Source: Coriobacteriia bacterium
Lineage (GTDB): Bacteria > Actinomycetota > Coriobacteriia > WRKU01 > WQUG01
NCBI GenBank assembly: GCA_009778715.1
Contig: WRFR01000001.1
Coordinates: 3,383 to 67,382 of the forward strand
Reading direction: 5' to 3'
DNA: 64,000 bases
Shown in pieces: positions 45,970 to 55,779 of this stretch (positions are counted from its first letter, which is position 1; every line of letters begins with the position of its first letter). The position numbers and the translations under genes are program-made. The notes under the pieces are model-generated. The model saw only the letters and a program-made list of their open reading frames with translations, searched no databases and was not told the DNA's origin.

Positions 45970-46058
45970 TTTTGGCGGCACTGAGCCGCCGTGACGAAAC
46001 CCTCAAGTAGGCAACTACGAATCGGCTTTCGTCACGACGCCTCAGCACTCGCCAAAAC
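45970..46058. repeat. Structured tRNA-adjacent element E1 with terminal inverted repeats TTTTGGCGG…CACTCGCCAAAAC
   Basis: ttttggcggcactgagccgcc-gtgacgaaa…tttcgtcac-…cactcgccaaaac has nested hairpins. It shares its ends with E2 at 49540-49645. Confidence 0.45.
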
Positions 46059-46107
46059 CAAGTTGATAGTCTTGGCATAATTTATCGGTGGGAGACGAGG
46101 AGCTATC

Positions 46108-46824
46108 ATGTCAACAAAAAATCCTGATTACACGTTGTATTACTGGCCGGTCCCGTTTCGAGGGCAGTTTTTGCGCGCCCTGCTCAGCTTTGCGGGCGCA
46201 AACTGGGAAGAAGGCGATCCTGGCCAGGGGGCGCAGATGATGAACGCTGCTCCGGATGAGCAACCGGTTCCTTTTATGGGCTTACCTTTGCTGATTGATC
46301 ACAAGAACGACTTCGCGCTCTCGCAGATGCCGGCGATTGCTTACTATCTGGGTGAGGAGTTTGGCCTTCTGCCTGACACCTCAGAAGGGCGTGCCCTGTG
46401 CCTGAAAGTCGCCAATGACGCCAATGATGTCATCGATGAGATCACGCTTCAGGGTGGCATGCTGATGTGGACCGATGAAAGCTGGCAGGCGTGGCTCCCA
46501 AATCTCTGTCGCTGGATGGACATGTGGGAGACCCTGGGCAAGCGCCATGGCCTGACAGAAGAGAGCGGCTACCTGCTTGGTACGCCCGGGCCGACCATCG
46601 CCGATATTGTTACGGCGACCTTGTGGGTGACAATGTGCGAGCGATTCCCGAAGATCGGTAAGATGCTGAAGGAGAATGCGCCTTGCACGACAGCGCTTGC
46701 GCACCGGATGTGGGCGATGCCTGCTCTGGCGAAGTTTGCTCAGGATGCAGACGAGCGCTACGGCGAATCCTATTGTGGCGGCCAGATCGAAGCATCACTG
46801 CGTGAGGTGGTCGGCGGCGAGTAA
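46108..46824 (+). CDS. Glutathione S-transferase-like protein
   Basis: 238 aa. The N-terminus YTLYYWPVPFRGQFLRALLSFAG is thioredoxin-like and GST-like, with a helical C-domain. Confidence 0.5.
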   Translation: MSTKNPDYTLYYWPVPFRGQFLRALLSFAGANWEEGDPGQGAQMMNAAPDEQPVPFMGLPLLIDHKNDFALSQMPAIAYYLGEEFGLLPDTSEGRALCLKVANDANDVIDEITLQGGMLMWTDESWQAWLPNLCRWMDMWETLGKRHGLTEESGYLLGTPGPTIADIVTATLWVTMCERFPKIGKMLKENAPCTTALAHRMWAMPALAKFAQDADERYGESYCGGQIEASLREVVGGE

Positions 46825-46932
46825 GCGCTGGGCGCGTTGTGTAACACGGCAGGTCGCATACTACCTTGTTTCGCTTCTTATTGCTTGCTATTATGGATGA
46901 ACGCGCATGCGTCCTCGGAACGCGTGCGAGAT

Positions 46933-47008
<76 letters not shown>

Positions 47009-47016
47009 TTTTGGCT

Positions 47017-47093
47017 GCGCCCATAGCTCAGCAGGATAGAGCGCGAGACTTCTAATCTTGAGGCCGGGGGTTCGACTCCCTCTGGGCGCACCA
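47017..47093 (+). tRNA. tRNA-Arg (anticodon TCT)
   Basis: gcgcccatagctcagcaggatagagcgcgagacTTCTAatcttgaggccgggggttcgactccctctgggcgcacca. CCA is encoded. Confidence 0.85.
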
Positions 47094-47122
47094 GCCTCAT
47101 ATAAAATTGTACGGAGTCGAAC

Positions 47123-47893
47123 CTACTCTCCATGCTCCCAGCGGTCTAGCCACCAACGCACTGAACGCTCCAGTTCTTTTACGAAATCTACAGCGTACTT
47201 CTGAAGGTATTCGTTTTGTGGATAATCGGCGATTTCAGGCTTAAAACCATGGGGAGCAAAGGTCGCTCCAAGAAGGCTGGCCTTACGTGCCAGCTCTTCA
47301 TCGGTAAGTCGATGATAACGATTCTTCTGCAACACATACGTGGTCTCGCGTGGGCGAGGGGAGACTTCGACCTTTGGGCGACCAAAAATCACGAGCGCAG
47401 CAGGCATCGCATAGCGAGGTAAGTTGAACAGGCGCGCATGTTCTTCGCCCTTTTCCAGAACATCTCCAACATAACAGCTTCCGATTCCCATTGACTCAGC
47501 AGCGATAACGGCGTTCTGCGCCGCAATGAATGCATCAGCAAAACAGAAAAGAAGGTTTCCTATACCAGGGTCATGCCAGTCGGCGTCCAGATCCTCAACA
47601 TGACTGTGATGATACAGGTCGACCCACTTCTGGTAGTCGGCGACAAAGAGCAGAACATAGGGAGCTTTTGCGATCATCGGCTGATTGTCACAGGTATGGG
47701 CCAAGCGGTCCTTGATCGCCTGATCATCGATCTCGATTAGTGAATACGCCATGAGGTTACAGGCGGTCGGCGCACGAAACGCTGCGTTTACTATAGTGTC
47801 CTTTTCCGCCTGGGTAAGTGGTTCCTGAAGGAAACTGCGCGTCGAAGCGCGCTGGTTTATGACCTCCAGGGTTGGATTGTTGATCTCACTCAT
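47123..47893 (-). CDS. Nitroreductase-family protein
   Basis: 256 aa. …RASTRSFLQEPLTQAEKDTIVNAAFRAPTACNLMAYSLIEI… is the nitroreductase fold. Confidence 0.8.
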   Translation of the reverse strand: MSEINNPTLEVINQRASTRSFLQEPLTQAEKDTIVNAAFRAPTACNLMAYSLIEIDDQAIKDRLAHTCDNQPMIAKAPYVLLFVADYQKWVDLYHHSHVEDLDADWHDPGIGNLLFCFADAFIAAQNAVIAAESMGIGSCYVGDVLEKGEEHARLFNLPRYAMPAALVIFGRPKVEVSPRPRETTYVLQKNRYHRLTDEELARKASLLGATFAPHGFKPEIADYPQNEYLQKYAVDFVKELERSVRWWLDRWEHGE

Positions 47894-47902
47894 AGTAATC
47901 AG

Positions 47903-48532
47903 CTAGTTATTGGTCGGGATATTACCGAACAGTGGCTGGAGGAGCGTGTCATTGTTGATCTTCCATATCGACGCCCCGTTATGGTCCTTGGCGATAACAA
48001 GGTTGACCGTGACCGTTGAGATCGTTTTGTTCGCGGTATTGCGAAAGGTCTTGATCATGAGGTTGATTGTCGCATCTGCACGTTCATCCGCTGTCATGTT
48101 CTTGAAGTTAGGGTCAGCCGCGAGCTGTTGTGAAAGTTCGTTCTGAAACGCCGTGTCGGCTGACATCTTCTCCATGTCAACACCTAAGAACTGCACTTCG
48201 ACCGTTGCGTTTTTTGCCGAAACGTCTTCTGAATCCGAGGTGATTTTATAGCTGCCAGCAGCCCCAAGTGCTTTGAGGAATGCTGTGGCGGTATCTTCGC
48301 TGATGCCCGTATTACCGAGGAGTTTTTTGGGGTCTTTTGCCCCTGTCAGCTTGGTTTGATTGGCATCTGTCCAATAGGACGCAAACTTGGTGAAATCGCC
48401 CGCCTGATACGCTCCCATCGCTGCAGATACCGTGTCTTTTGCACTTGTCATCGGCGCTTTTGTTCCACATCCGGCCATGAGGATAGTAGTAAGAATCAGG
48501 CAGATGGTCAATATAACAGCATGTTTTTTCAT
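47903..48532 (-). CDS. Lipoprotein (hypothetical)
   Basis: MKKHAVILTICLILTTILMAGCG (signal peptide plus lipobox LMAGC). SD AAGGAGGAG. Lies 10 nt upstream of the nitroreductase gene on the same strand. Confidence 0.6.
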   Translation of the reverse strand: MKKHAVILTICLILTTILMAGCGTKAPMTSAKDTVSAAMGAYQAGDFTKFASYWTDANQTKLTGAKDPKKLLGNTGISEDTATAFLKALGAAGSYKITSDSEDVSAKNATVEVQFLGVDMEKMSADTAFQNELSQQLAADPNFKNMTADERADATINLMIKTFRNTANKTISTVTVNLVIAKDHNGASIWKINNDTLLQPLFGNIPTNN

Positions 48533-48772
48533 AAGCTCCTCCTTATGTTGTAACAAACATTGCAAACAGCTTCACTATACCTGAATCGGAAGTGAGAGTA
48601 AAAGCCTCCTCTCCAGCTCCACAAGTCGAAAGCAGACTCTTGTAATCGACTAGTTTTGATCTTAATGAAGACCGCTCGCCCTATTGCTACTGGTTTACCC
48701 GCCGCGCTGTAGTAAACTCGCAACGGCGGCTTGTGTAAGACGCACAGACAAGTAGATACCGGAGGTTTGGCA

Positions 48773-49351
48773 GTGAAGGTCTATATCGTTTTTTCGCATC
48801 CGAATCATAATGGAATGGGTTATGCAGCCCTTCAATCAGCAAAAAAGGGTTTTGAGGATGCGGGGCACGAGGTTCGGGTCACTGACCTTTATCAGGAGAA
48901 AAACTTCAATCCAATTCTGTGCTATGACGACCCCTGTACGCTCTGTGAGATGCAAAATGACCTGATGACAAAGCCGTATCGAGACAATATCACCTGGGCC
49001 GATAAACTTGTCTTCATCTATCCGATCTGGTGGGGGAGCGGTCCCGCGATTTTTAAGGGCTTCATCGATGTGGTTTTTGCCTCCGGCTTTGCCTATAACT
49101 TCAAAGGCATCTGGCCTCACGGGCACCTGGGAGAGAAGACCGCCTGGGTCATCGTCACCCATGACACACCGTGGATCGTCGCGCGCTTTGTTCAGCGCGA
49201 TTACGGACGCATCATGCGGGGCCAAATACTGAGAACGATGTTCGGCATCAAAGGCGCCAAGCTCACGACGTTGCCGTTCCTGAAGCGCAGTACGCTGGAA
49301 CAGCGTAAGAAGATGCTTGCGAAAGTATATCGCATCGCACATAAAGCCTAG
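48773..49351 (+). CDS. Flavodoxin-like fold NAD(P)H-dependent oxidoreductase
   Basis: VKVYIVFSHPNHNGMGYAALQSAKKGFEDAGHEVRVTDLY… (Flavodoxin_2/NQO-like). GTG start 7 nt after GGAGG. The listed ORF starts at 48731. Confidence 0.65.
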   Translation: MKVYIVFSHPNHNGMGYAALQSAKKGFEDAGHEVRVTDLYQEKNFNPILCYDDPCTLCEMQNDLMTKPYRDNITWADKLVFIYPIWWGSGPAIFKGFIDVVFASGFAYNFKGIWPHGHLGEKTAWVIVTHDTPWIVARFVQRDYGRIMRGQILRTMFGIKGAKLTTLPFLKRSTLEQRKKMLAKVYRIAHKA

Positions 49352-49461
49352 CTGAAAATTTCTGGATTGCCGTGCTCGGCCTCTGGTCTCTCTCGCAATG
49401 ACAAGGGGCATTTTATCTCGCGGACTTCTGTGATATGATTGATAGCCGCTTGACTGGACAT

Positions 49462-49539
49462 GGTGGGTGTAGCTCAGCTGGTTAGAGTGCCTGACTGTGG
49501 CTCAGGAGGTCGAGGGTTCGAATCCCTTTACCCACCCCA
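49462..49539 (+). tRNA. tRNA-His (anticodon GTG) with extra 5' G-1
   Basis: g-gtgggtgtagctcagctggttagagtgcctgactGTGGCtcaggaggtcgagggttcgaatccctttacccacc-cca. G-1 pairs with C73. The listed ORF 49460-49681 is spurious. Confidence 0.85.
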
Positions 49540-49645
49540 AATCTTCGTTTGGGCGGCGATAAAGCGGTTTCCCGCAATGCTCACGGGCTATACAGCCCGT
49601 TTCGTATCACGGCGCGCCACTTTCTCACTCGCCAAAACGAAGATT
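49540..49645. repeat. Structured tRNA-adjacent element E2 with terminal inverted repeats AATCTTCGTTTGGGCGG…CACTCGCCAAAACGAAGATT
   Basis: 12-13-bp TIRs flank internal hairpins (gcggtttcccgc; cgggctatacagcccg). The ends are shared with E1 after tRNA-Pro. Confidence 0.45.
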
Positions 49646-49783
49646 AAACCTGGCAAGCGACCAATGCGGCGGAAGCCGTAAATACACATGTGGACTGATC
49701 GACGTTCTCAGGTGCCCTTAAAGGGGAGAAATGTTGGGAAGACGTTCGCAGAGGAGACAACCGAAAGGAAGGTGGCCAGTCGT

Positions 49784-50740
49784 ATGGCTCAGAAGATCAC
49801 TATGAAAAACCTGCTTGAGGCAGGCGTCCACTTTGGGCATCAGACCCGTCGTTGGAACCCCAAAATGAAACCCTATATCTTCACGCAGCGCGGGGATATC
49901 TATATTCTCGACCTGCAGAAGACAATGCAGTGTCTGCAAAAGGGTTATCGCTATGCGTTTAGCGTGGGCCAGCGCGGCGGAGAGGTTCTCTTCGTCGGAA
50001 CGAAGAAGCAGGCCCAGGAGTCACTTGAAGAGGCAGCGAAAAAGTGCGGCATGCCCTATGTGACACAACGTTGGCTCGGCGGGATGCTCACGAACTTCCA
50101 AACGATCCGCAGCCGTGTGACCGAAATGGAAAAGCTTGAAAAGATGAATGAGGACGGCTCGATGGCACAGCTGCCCAAAAAGGAGCAGATACTGAAGAAT
50201 AAGGAACTCGAGAAGCTGCACAGGAATCTCGATGGTATCCGTAATATGAAAAGCTTGCCTGCCGCAGTGTTCCTGGTCGATTCGACACGTGAGTACATTG
50301 CGGTGGCTGAGGCACGTCGCCTCAATATCCCGATCATCGCTCTTATCGATACAAACGCTGATCCTGATGAAGTCGATTTCCCGATCCCGGCTAATGATGA
50401 CGCGATCCGCTCTATCGCATTGATCGCCAATGTTATTTCAGCGGCCATCCTGGAAGGCAACGGCGGCGCTTCGGTGCAGTCCGCGCAACCTGAACAAACA
50501 GAGCCGGCTGAAACTCCTGCCCCGGCAGCAGTTAGCGCCCCCGTGGCCAGTGAAGCTTCCGCAGCCCCTGTCACAGAAGGCGCTGCTCCTGCAGCCGCAG
50601 AACCAGCAGCTGAGGCGGACCCTGAAGCCGTTGAGATTCCTGCGGAACCTGCGCTCGTAGCTGCCGAAGAAGAACCTATCCCTGAGACAGAAGAACCTGT
50701 CGTAGAATCTGTCCCCGAGACCCCAGCAGAGGAGGAATAA
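49784..50740 (+). CDS. rpsB: 30S ribosomal protein S2 with ~70-aa Ala/Pro/Glu-rich C-terminal extension
   Basis: MAQKITMKNLLEAGVHFGHQTRRWNPKM… The listed ORF starts at 49688. The acidic low-complexity tail is …AAPAAAEPAAEADPEAVEIPAEP…PAEEE. Confidence 0.9.
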   Translation: MAQKITMKNLLEAGVHFGHQTRRWNPKMKPYIFTQRGDIYILDLQKTMQCLQKGYRYAFSVGQRGGEVLFVGTKKQAQESLEEAAKKCGMPYVTQRWLGGMLTNFQTIRSRVTEMEKLEKMNEDGSMAQLPKKEQILKNKELEKLHRNLDGIRNMKSLPAAVFLVDSTREYIAVAEARRLNIPIIALIDTNADPDEVDFPIPANDDAIRSIALIANVISAAILEGNGGASVQSAQPEQTEPAETPAPAAVSAPVASEASAAPVTEGAAPAAAEPAAEADPEAVEIPAEPALVAAEEEPIPETEEPVVESVPETPAEEE

Positions 50741-51642
50741 TGGCAGAGATCACAGCAAAACTTGTCAAAGAGCTCCGTGAGATCACCGGAGCAGGCATGA
50801 TGGATTGTAAAAAGGCCCTGACGGAGACAGAAGGCGACGTAGAAAGCGCCATCGACAACCTCCGCACGCGTGGCTTGGCCGCTATCAGCAAGAAATCCGG
50901 GCGCGCCACCAACGAGGGCGCCATCGCGGTTGCGCTCGCAGATGACAGCAAAACTGTTGCGTTGCTCGAGCTTAACTGTGAGACCGACTTCGTGGCGACC
51001 AATGCCACATTCACCGGCTTCGCACAACAGTTGGCTGATATGGTGTTAGCCAATGACCCGGCCGATATCGACGCTTTGAAGGCCTTGACGGTCCCTGACA
51101 GTGGCATCAGCGTTGAACACCTCTTTGCTGACATGGTAAACAAGCTCGGCGAAAATATGCCTGTAGCGCGCTTTACGCGCATGGCCATCGATGGCACGGG
51201 CGCATTTGCCTACTACGTTCATGGGGGCGCGAAGATCGCAGTCGTCGTAGCATTCGGGCTTAGCAAGCAGGAAACGGCGAATAGCGATGTCTTCAAGATG
51301 TACGGCAAGGATATCGCCATGCAGGTCTGCGCAGCTGACCCGATCGCGCTCGATCGAGATTCATTCGATCCTGCGGTCGTCGATCATGAGTTGAGTATCT
51401 ACAAAGCCCAGGCCGCTGAGTCCGGAAAGCCTGAGAACATTCAGGAGAAAATGGCCGAGGGCCGACTGAATAAGTTCTATAAGGAGCAAGCGCTCGTAGA
51501 GCAAGCGTTTGTCAAGGACATGGACATCAGCGTCAAGGACTACACACAGCGCATCGGCAAAGAGCTCGACGACACGATCACGATCAAATCGTTCACACGC
51601 TACAACCTCGGGGAGACGGCGGCCTCTGCCGAAGAGGAGTAA
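50740..51642 (+). CDS. tsf: Elongation factor Ts
   Basis: MAEITAKLVKELREITGAGMMDCKKALTE… EF-Ts N-terminal UBA-like domain and dimerisation domain. Confidence 0.9.
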   Translation: MAEITAKLVKELREITGAGMMDCKKALTETEGDVESAIDNLRTRGLAAISKKSGRATNEGAIAVALADDSKTVALLELNCETDFVATNATFTGFAQQLADMVLANDPADIDALKALTVPDSGISVEHLFADMVNKLGENMPVARFTRMAIDGTGAFAYYVHGGAKIAVVVAFGLSKQETANSDVFKMYGKDIAMQVCAADPIALDRDSFDPAVVDHELSIYKAQAAESGKPENIQEKMAEGRLNKFYKEQALVEQAFVKDMDISVKDYTQRIGKELDDTITIKSFTRYNLGETAASAEEE

Positions 51643-51751
51643 CCGTTGCCTGACACCACTGTGTAAGTTATGAGAGCCGGTCCGAGGGGCCGGCTCTTTT
51701 CTGCTATGCTAGTTTCAAGAGTTCCGATCACAGGATAAAGGTGATGTTTCG

Positions 51752-52471
51752 TTGGTAGAGGAACAGGGTTTCAAGCGCGTTTTACTCAAATTATCGGGCG
51801 AAGCGCTCATGGGGCGCGAAGGCTATGGCATCGACCCTTTGGTCGTCAAATCATTGTCGCGCCAGATAACAGACGTCGTTCGTGCGGGGCATGAGATCTG
51901 TATCGTCGTCGGCGGCGGCAACATTTTTCGTGGCCTCGCCGCTTCAGCAGAAGGCATGGACCGCGCTACCGGTGATTACATGGGCATGCTCGCCACGGTC
52001 TTAAATGCGCTTGCTCTCCAGGATGGGCTTGAGCGAGAAGGAAGTTTCACCCGCGTCATGTCAGCGATAACGATGCAGCAGATCGCTGAACCCTATATCC
52101 GGCGCCGCGCAATACGGCACATGGAAAAGGGCCGCGTGGTCATCTTCGCTGCGGGCACAGGTAACCCCTTCTTCACCACGGACACCACAGCTGCGCTTCG
52201 AGCGCTTGAGATCGATGCCGAGTGCGTGATGAAAGCCACCCGAGTGGATGGCGTTTATGACAAGGATCCTCACAAGTTCGACGATGCGGTCAAGTTTGAT
52301 CATCTAACCTATCTTGAGGTCTTAAGCAAAGGCCTGAAAGTAATGGACTCGACGGCGATCTCGCTGTGTATGGACAACAAGCTGCCGATCGTCGTATTCA
52401 ATATGGAGACTGAGGGCAACATCGCCCGTGCGGTGACCGGCGAGCCGGTCGGGACCCGAGTGGAGGCATAA
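51752..52471 (+). CDS. pyrH: UMP kinase
   Basis: …[12 protein letters not shown]…[10 protein letters not shown]… aspartokinase-fold UMP kinase. Confidence 0.9.
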   Translation: MVEEQGFKRVLLKLSGEALMGREGYGIDPLVVKSLSRQITDVVRAGHEICIVVGGGNIFRGLAASAEGMDRATGDYMGMLATVLNALALQDGLEREGSFTRVMSAITMQQIAEPYIRRRAIRHMEKGRVVIFAAGTGNPFFTTDTTAALRALEIDAECVMKATRVDGVYDKDPHKFDDAVKFDHLTYLEVLSKGLKVMDSTAISLCMDNKLPIVVFNMETEGNIARAVTGEPVGTRVEA

Positions 52472-52474
52472 GCT

Positions 52475-53041
52475 ATGGCTATTACTATTGATGAGATCAT
52501 TGAGCGGACCGAGGGGCACATGAAGCGCACTGAGCAGGTCCTCGAAGAGCAATTTGCCGGGGTGCGCACGGGTCGCGCCACGACTTCCTTGTTCGAGAAG
52601 ATAGTGGTGGAGGCCTATGGTTCCGAAATGCCTCTGAGCCAGATGGCTAATATCAAAGCAACAGACGCGCAGACCGTCGTCATCGAACCCTGGGACAAGA
52701 GCGTGATGTCGCATATCGATAAGGCTATCCAGGCTTCTGACCTCGGTCTGACTCCCTCTAATGACGGGACCGTGTTACGGGTATCCTTTCCGGCTCTGAC
52801 CGAGGAGCGCCGCAAGGAGCTCGCAAAGTTGTGCCGGGGCTATGCCGAGGACGGCAGGATCGCCGTACGCAATGTACGCCAGAAAGCTAACCGTGCGCTG
52901 GAGGACATGAAAGGCGAAGAAGGCGTTTCTGAGGATGATATCCACCGATCCTCTGAGCAAGTCCAGAAGTTGACCGACGGCGCCATTGATGAGATCGCAA
53001 AGCTTCTTGAGAAAAAAGAAGCTGAGATCATGGCCATCTAG
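52475..53041 (+). CDS. frr: Ribosome recycling factor
   Basis: 188 aa. …GVRTGRATTSLFEKIVVEAYGS…R(D/N)VRQ… RRF motifs. Confidence 0.9.
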   Translation: MAITIDEIIERTEGHMKRTEQVLEEQFAGVRTGRATTSLFEKIVVEAYGSEMPLSQMANIKATDAQTVVIEPWDKSVMSHIDKAIQASDLGLTPSNDGTVLRVSFPALTEERRKELAKLCRGYAEDGRIAVRNVRQKANRALEDMKGEEGVSEDDIHRSSEQVQKLTDGAIDEIAKLLEKKEAEIMAI

Positions 53042-53044
53042 GCC

Positions 53045-53845
53045 TTGCTAATCAGTCAGGCGTTTCTTTTGAATAAGGCAGGACTCGAAGAATACTTCTC
53101 TTCACCACGCGCACATGAGCTTTTGTCTGAGCTGTCTATGATACGCGAGGACGTGCCGCGCCATATCGCTATCATTATGGATGGGAACGGGCGTTGGGCA
53201 AAACGCCAGGGAAAACCACGCCTGGCGGGACACAAAGCTGGAGTGGCCGCAGTCCGCGAGGCGATCGGCGCCTGCGTCGAGCTCGAGGTAGACTACCTGA
53301 CGATCTATTCATTTTCCAGTGAGAACTGGTCGCGTCCTCGCGACGAGGTCCGCGGGATTATGTCGCTGTTCGTGGAAGTACTTGCCAAAGAGGTGCGCGA
53401 GCTCAATGAGCAAAACGTGCGCGTACAGATCATCGGTGATATGAGCGCCGTACCCGTAAAGACGCGGCGCGCGTTCAATGACTGCTGCGCGTCAACAGCG
53501 CAAAATACCGGGCTGACGTTGGTGGTGGCGCTGAACTACGGTGGCCGTGGTGACATTGTGGCGGCGGTGCGCCGTTGCATGGAAGACAGCGTTTCTGGCA
53601 ATATGAAACCCGCATCGCTTAACCAGGAAGCTTTCGCTGCACGTCTTTCGACGGCGGGCATTCCGGATCCAGACTTGCTGATTCGCACGAGCGGAGAGCA
53701 ACGCCTCTCGAACTTTCTGCTTTGGGAAGCCGCCTACGCTGAGCTCTATTTCACCGATGAACTGTGGCCAGATTTCTCGCGTGAAAGCCTGCTGCAGGCT
53801 TTGGTCGAGTATCAGGGGCGCAGCAGGCGCTATGGAGGGGTCTGA
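53045..53845 (+). CDS. uppS: Undecaprenyl-diphosphate synthase
   Basis: HIAIIMDGNGRWA, …IYSFSSENWSRP…, and RTSGEQRLSNFLLWEAAYAELYF. The start is uncertain: the listed 53045 is TTG, and the first in-frame ATG is 53138. Confidence 0.85.
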   Translation: MLISQAFLLNKAGLEEYFSSPRAHELLSELSMIREDVPRHIAIIMDGNGRWAKRQGKPRLAGHKAGVAAVREAIGACVELEVDYLTIYSFSSENWSRPRDEVRGIMSLFVEVLAKEVRELNEQNVRVQIIGDMSAVPVKTRRAFNDCCASTAQNTGLTLVVALNYGGRGDIVAAVRRCMEDSVSGNMKPASLNQEAFAARLSTAGIPDPDLLIRTSGEQRLSNFLLWEAAYAELYFTDELWPDFSRESLLQALVEYQGRSRRYGGV

Positions 53846-53851
53846 TCATAT

Positions 53852-54568
53852 ATGGCTTATGAGATCAAGGAAGAAGCGCCTGCCGGCATCAAAAAAGATG
53901 GATTGATGACCCGGGTGATCACGTCGGCGGTGTTCGCACTGGTCTGGTTGGTCGGCGTCTGCGTACCAACGCGGTTCTTCGTCTTGCCTGTCCTTTGTGC
54001 GATCGTGGCAGGTATCGGCGTGTTTGAGTATATGCAATTGACAAAAGATCAAAGCCCGGCCTGGGTAGGCGCTGTATCGGGCGTGTTATACCTGGTGCTC
54101 CCTTTGGCATGTCTGTTGCTGCTGCGCACCATGAGCGGAATCGGGCTAGGCCTGGCTGTCACGCTCACTCTCTCGGTTTGGGGAGCCGATACAGCCGCCT
54201 ATATCTTCGGATCGTTGTTTGGCCGACATAAGCTTGTCCCAAAGATCTCACCGAAGAAATCCTGGGAAGGCGCAATTTCAGGCGTGGTCCTCTCGATGAT
54301 CTTGTGGACGGTGGTTCCGCGATTTTTCTTCTCCGGCGGCTTGGGTTGGATCCTCGGCCCGGTGCTCGGCCTGCTGGTCGCGGTCGCGGGCCTGGGTGGA
54401 GATTTGTTTGAATCTCATTTGAAGCGACGCGCAGGCGTTAAGGATTCTGGCACACTCTTGCCCGGTCATGGCGGCATCCTCGATCGCTTCGATTCTTTGT
54501 TATTAGCGGCTCCCGTTTCCATGATATCGATCTGCGCAGTGCTTCTTATCACCTATATGCGCGGGTGA
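53852..54568 (+). CDS. cdsA: Phosphatidate cytidylyltransferase
   Basis: Polytopic membrane protein with the C-terminal CDS signature …SxxKRxxGVKDSGxLLPGHGGILDRFDS. Confidence 0.85.
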   Translation: MAYEIKEEAPAGIKKDGLMTRVITSAVFALVWLVGVCVPTRFFVLPVLCAIVAGIGVFEYMQLTKDQSPAWVGAVSGVLYLVLPLACLLLLRTMSGIGLGLAVTLTLSVWGADTAAYIFGSLFGRHKLVPKISPKKSWEGAISGVVLSMILWTVVPRFFFSGGLGWILGPVLGLLVAVAGLGGDLFESHLKRRAGVKDSGTLLPGHGGILDRFDSLLLAAPVSMISICAVLLITYMRG

Positions 54569-55749
54569 TCGTGGTGAGCCAGCGGCGCAAAATCGCGATC
54601 CTGGGGAGCACGGGATCTATCGGGCGCCAAGCCCTTGAAGTAGTTGCGGCTCATCCCGACCAACTTGAAGTCGTACTCATTTCCGCTCATCGCTCGGCGG
54701 AGCTTGTAGCGAAACAGGCTACCCAGTTTAAGGTCCCGGTCGCGGTGTTGACCGGCGCTGATCCGGTGGCACTGCCGACCGATCTTCCGCATGGCTTGCG
54801 GTTGTACCTGGGGTCAGAAGCGCTCGCTGAGGCGATCGCTACTTCCAGCGCTGACCTGGTGCTTAATGCGCTGGTGGGCGCTGCGGGTCTGAGGGCGACG
54901 CTGGCAACCCTTGAGGCGGGCGCCACGCTTGCCCTGGCCAATAAGGAGTCACTGGTTATTGGAGGGGAGTTGCCGCAAATCTCCGAGGCGCTTGCAGCTC
55001 GCCCGCTTGGCTCATGTATCATCCCGGTGGACTCAGAGCATTCCGCCATCTTCCAGTGCCTGCTGGGAGAAGACGACGACGCGCTTAAACGTATCTGGCT
55101 GACCGCGTCAGGCGGACCGTTCTACGGCTGTAACCGTAGCGAGTTGGCGACCAAGATGGCCGCTGATGCCCTGCGCCACCCTACCTGGACGATGGGTCCA
55201 AAGATCACGATCGATTCGGCTACCCTGATGAATAAGGGCCTTGAGATCATCGAGGCGCATCACTTGTTCAATTGCCCCTACGACGCCATCACGCCGGTCA
55301 TCCACCGGCAGTCGATCATACATTCAGCGGTCGCGCTCAAAGATGGAGCGGTCAAGGCGCAGTTGGGCATGCCGGATATGCGCGTACCTATACAGTTGGC
55401 GTTCAGCCTCCCGCAACGCTGGCATGCGTCGCCTGAATCGCCTGCGGACCTGGATCTCTTCAGCGTGGCGGATCTGACGTTTGCCGAGCCTGACCTTGAA
55501 GCTTTCGCTTGCCTGGCATTGGCCCAGGAAGCAGGCCGAGCGGGCGGCAGCGCGCCAGTAGTGCTCAACGCGGCTAATGAGGTCGCTAATGAGGCGTTTC
55601 GCGAGGATCGCTGCGGTTTTCTTGATATCGAAGCGCTCGTGCGCGATGCGCTTGATCACTTCCCGGCGGCCCCACTCGAATCTGTTGATTGTCTGGAGGA
55701 GATTGACGCTTCTGTACGCCGCCACGTAGGCTTGAAACTGGTTCTCTGA
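54565..55749 (+). CDS. dxr: 1-deoxy-D-xylulose 5-phosphate reductoisomerase
   Basis: KIAILGSTGSIGRQALEV…LANKESLV…DSEHSAIFQCL… GTG start overlapping the cdsA stop. Confidence 0.9.
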   Translation: MIVVSQRRKIAILGSTGSIGRQALEVVAAHPDQLEVVLISAHRSAELVAKQATQFKVPVAVLTGADPVALPTDLPHGLRLYLGSEALAEAIATSSADLVLNALVGAAGLRATLATLEAGATLALANKESLVIGGELPQISEALAARPLGSCIIPVDSEHSAIFQCLLGEDDDALKRIWLTASGGPFYGCNRSELATKMAADALRHPTWTMGPKITIDSATLMNKGLEIIEAHHLFNCPYDAITPVIHRQSIIHSAVALKDGAVKAQLGMPDMRVPIQLAFSLPQRWHASPESPADLDLFSVADLTFAEPDLEAFACLALAQEAGRAGGSAPVVLNAANEVANEAFREDRCGFLDIEALVRDALDHFPAAPLESVDCLEEIDASVRRHVGLKLVL

Positions 55750-55779
55750 GAGCAATCCCTTATCCCTGAAAGGATCCGG

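Noticed and set aside
47094-47125. tRNA T-arm-like string (rc: ggttcgactcc) just after tRNA-Arg, considered as a duplicated tRNA 3' end / att site
   Set aside because: Only about 11 nt of similarity, in inverted orientation. It overlaps the 3' end of the nitroreductase coding region. Insufficient for an att-site or tRNA-fragment call.
49460-49681. Listed 73-aa + strand ORF and the 80-aa minus-strand ORF 46891-47133
   Set aside because: Both overlap tRNA genes (tRNA-His; tRNA-Gly/Arg antisense). The sequence is explained by the tRNAs.
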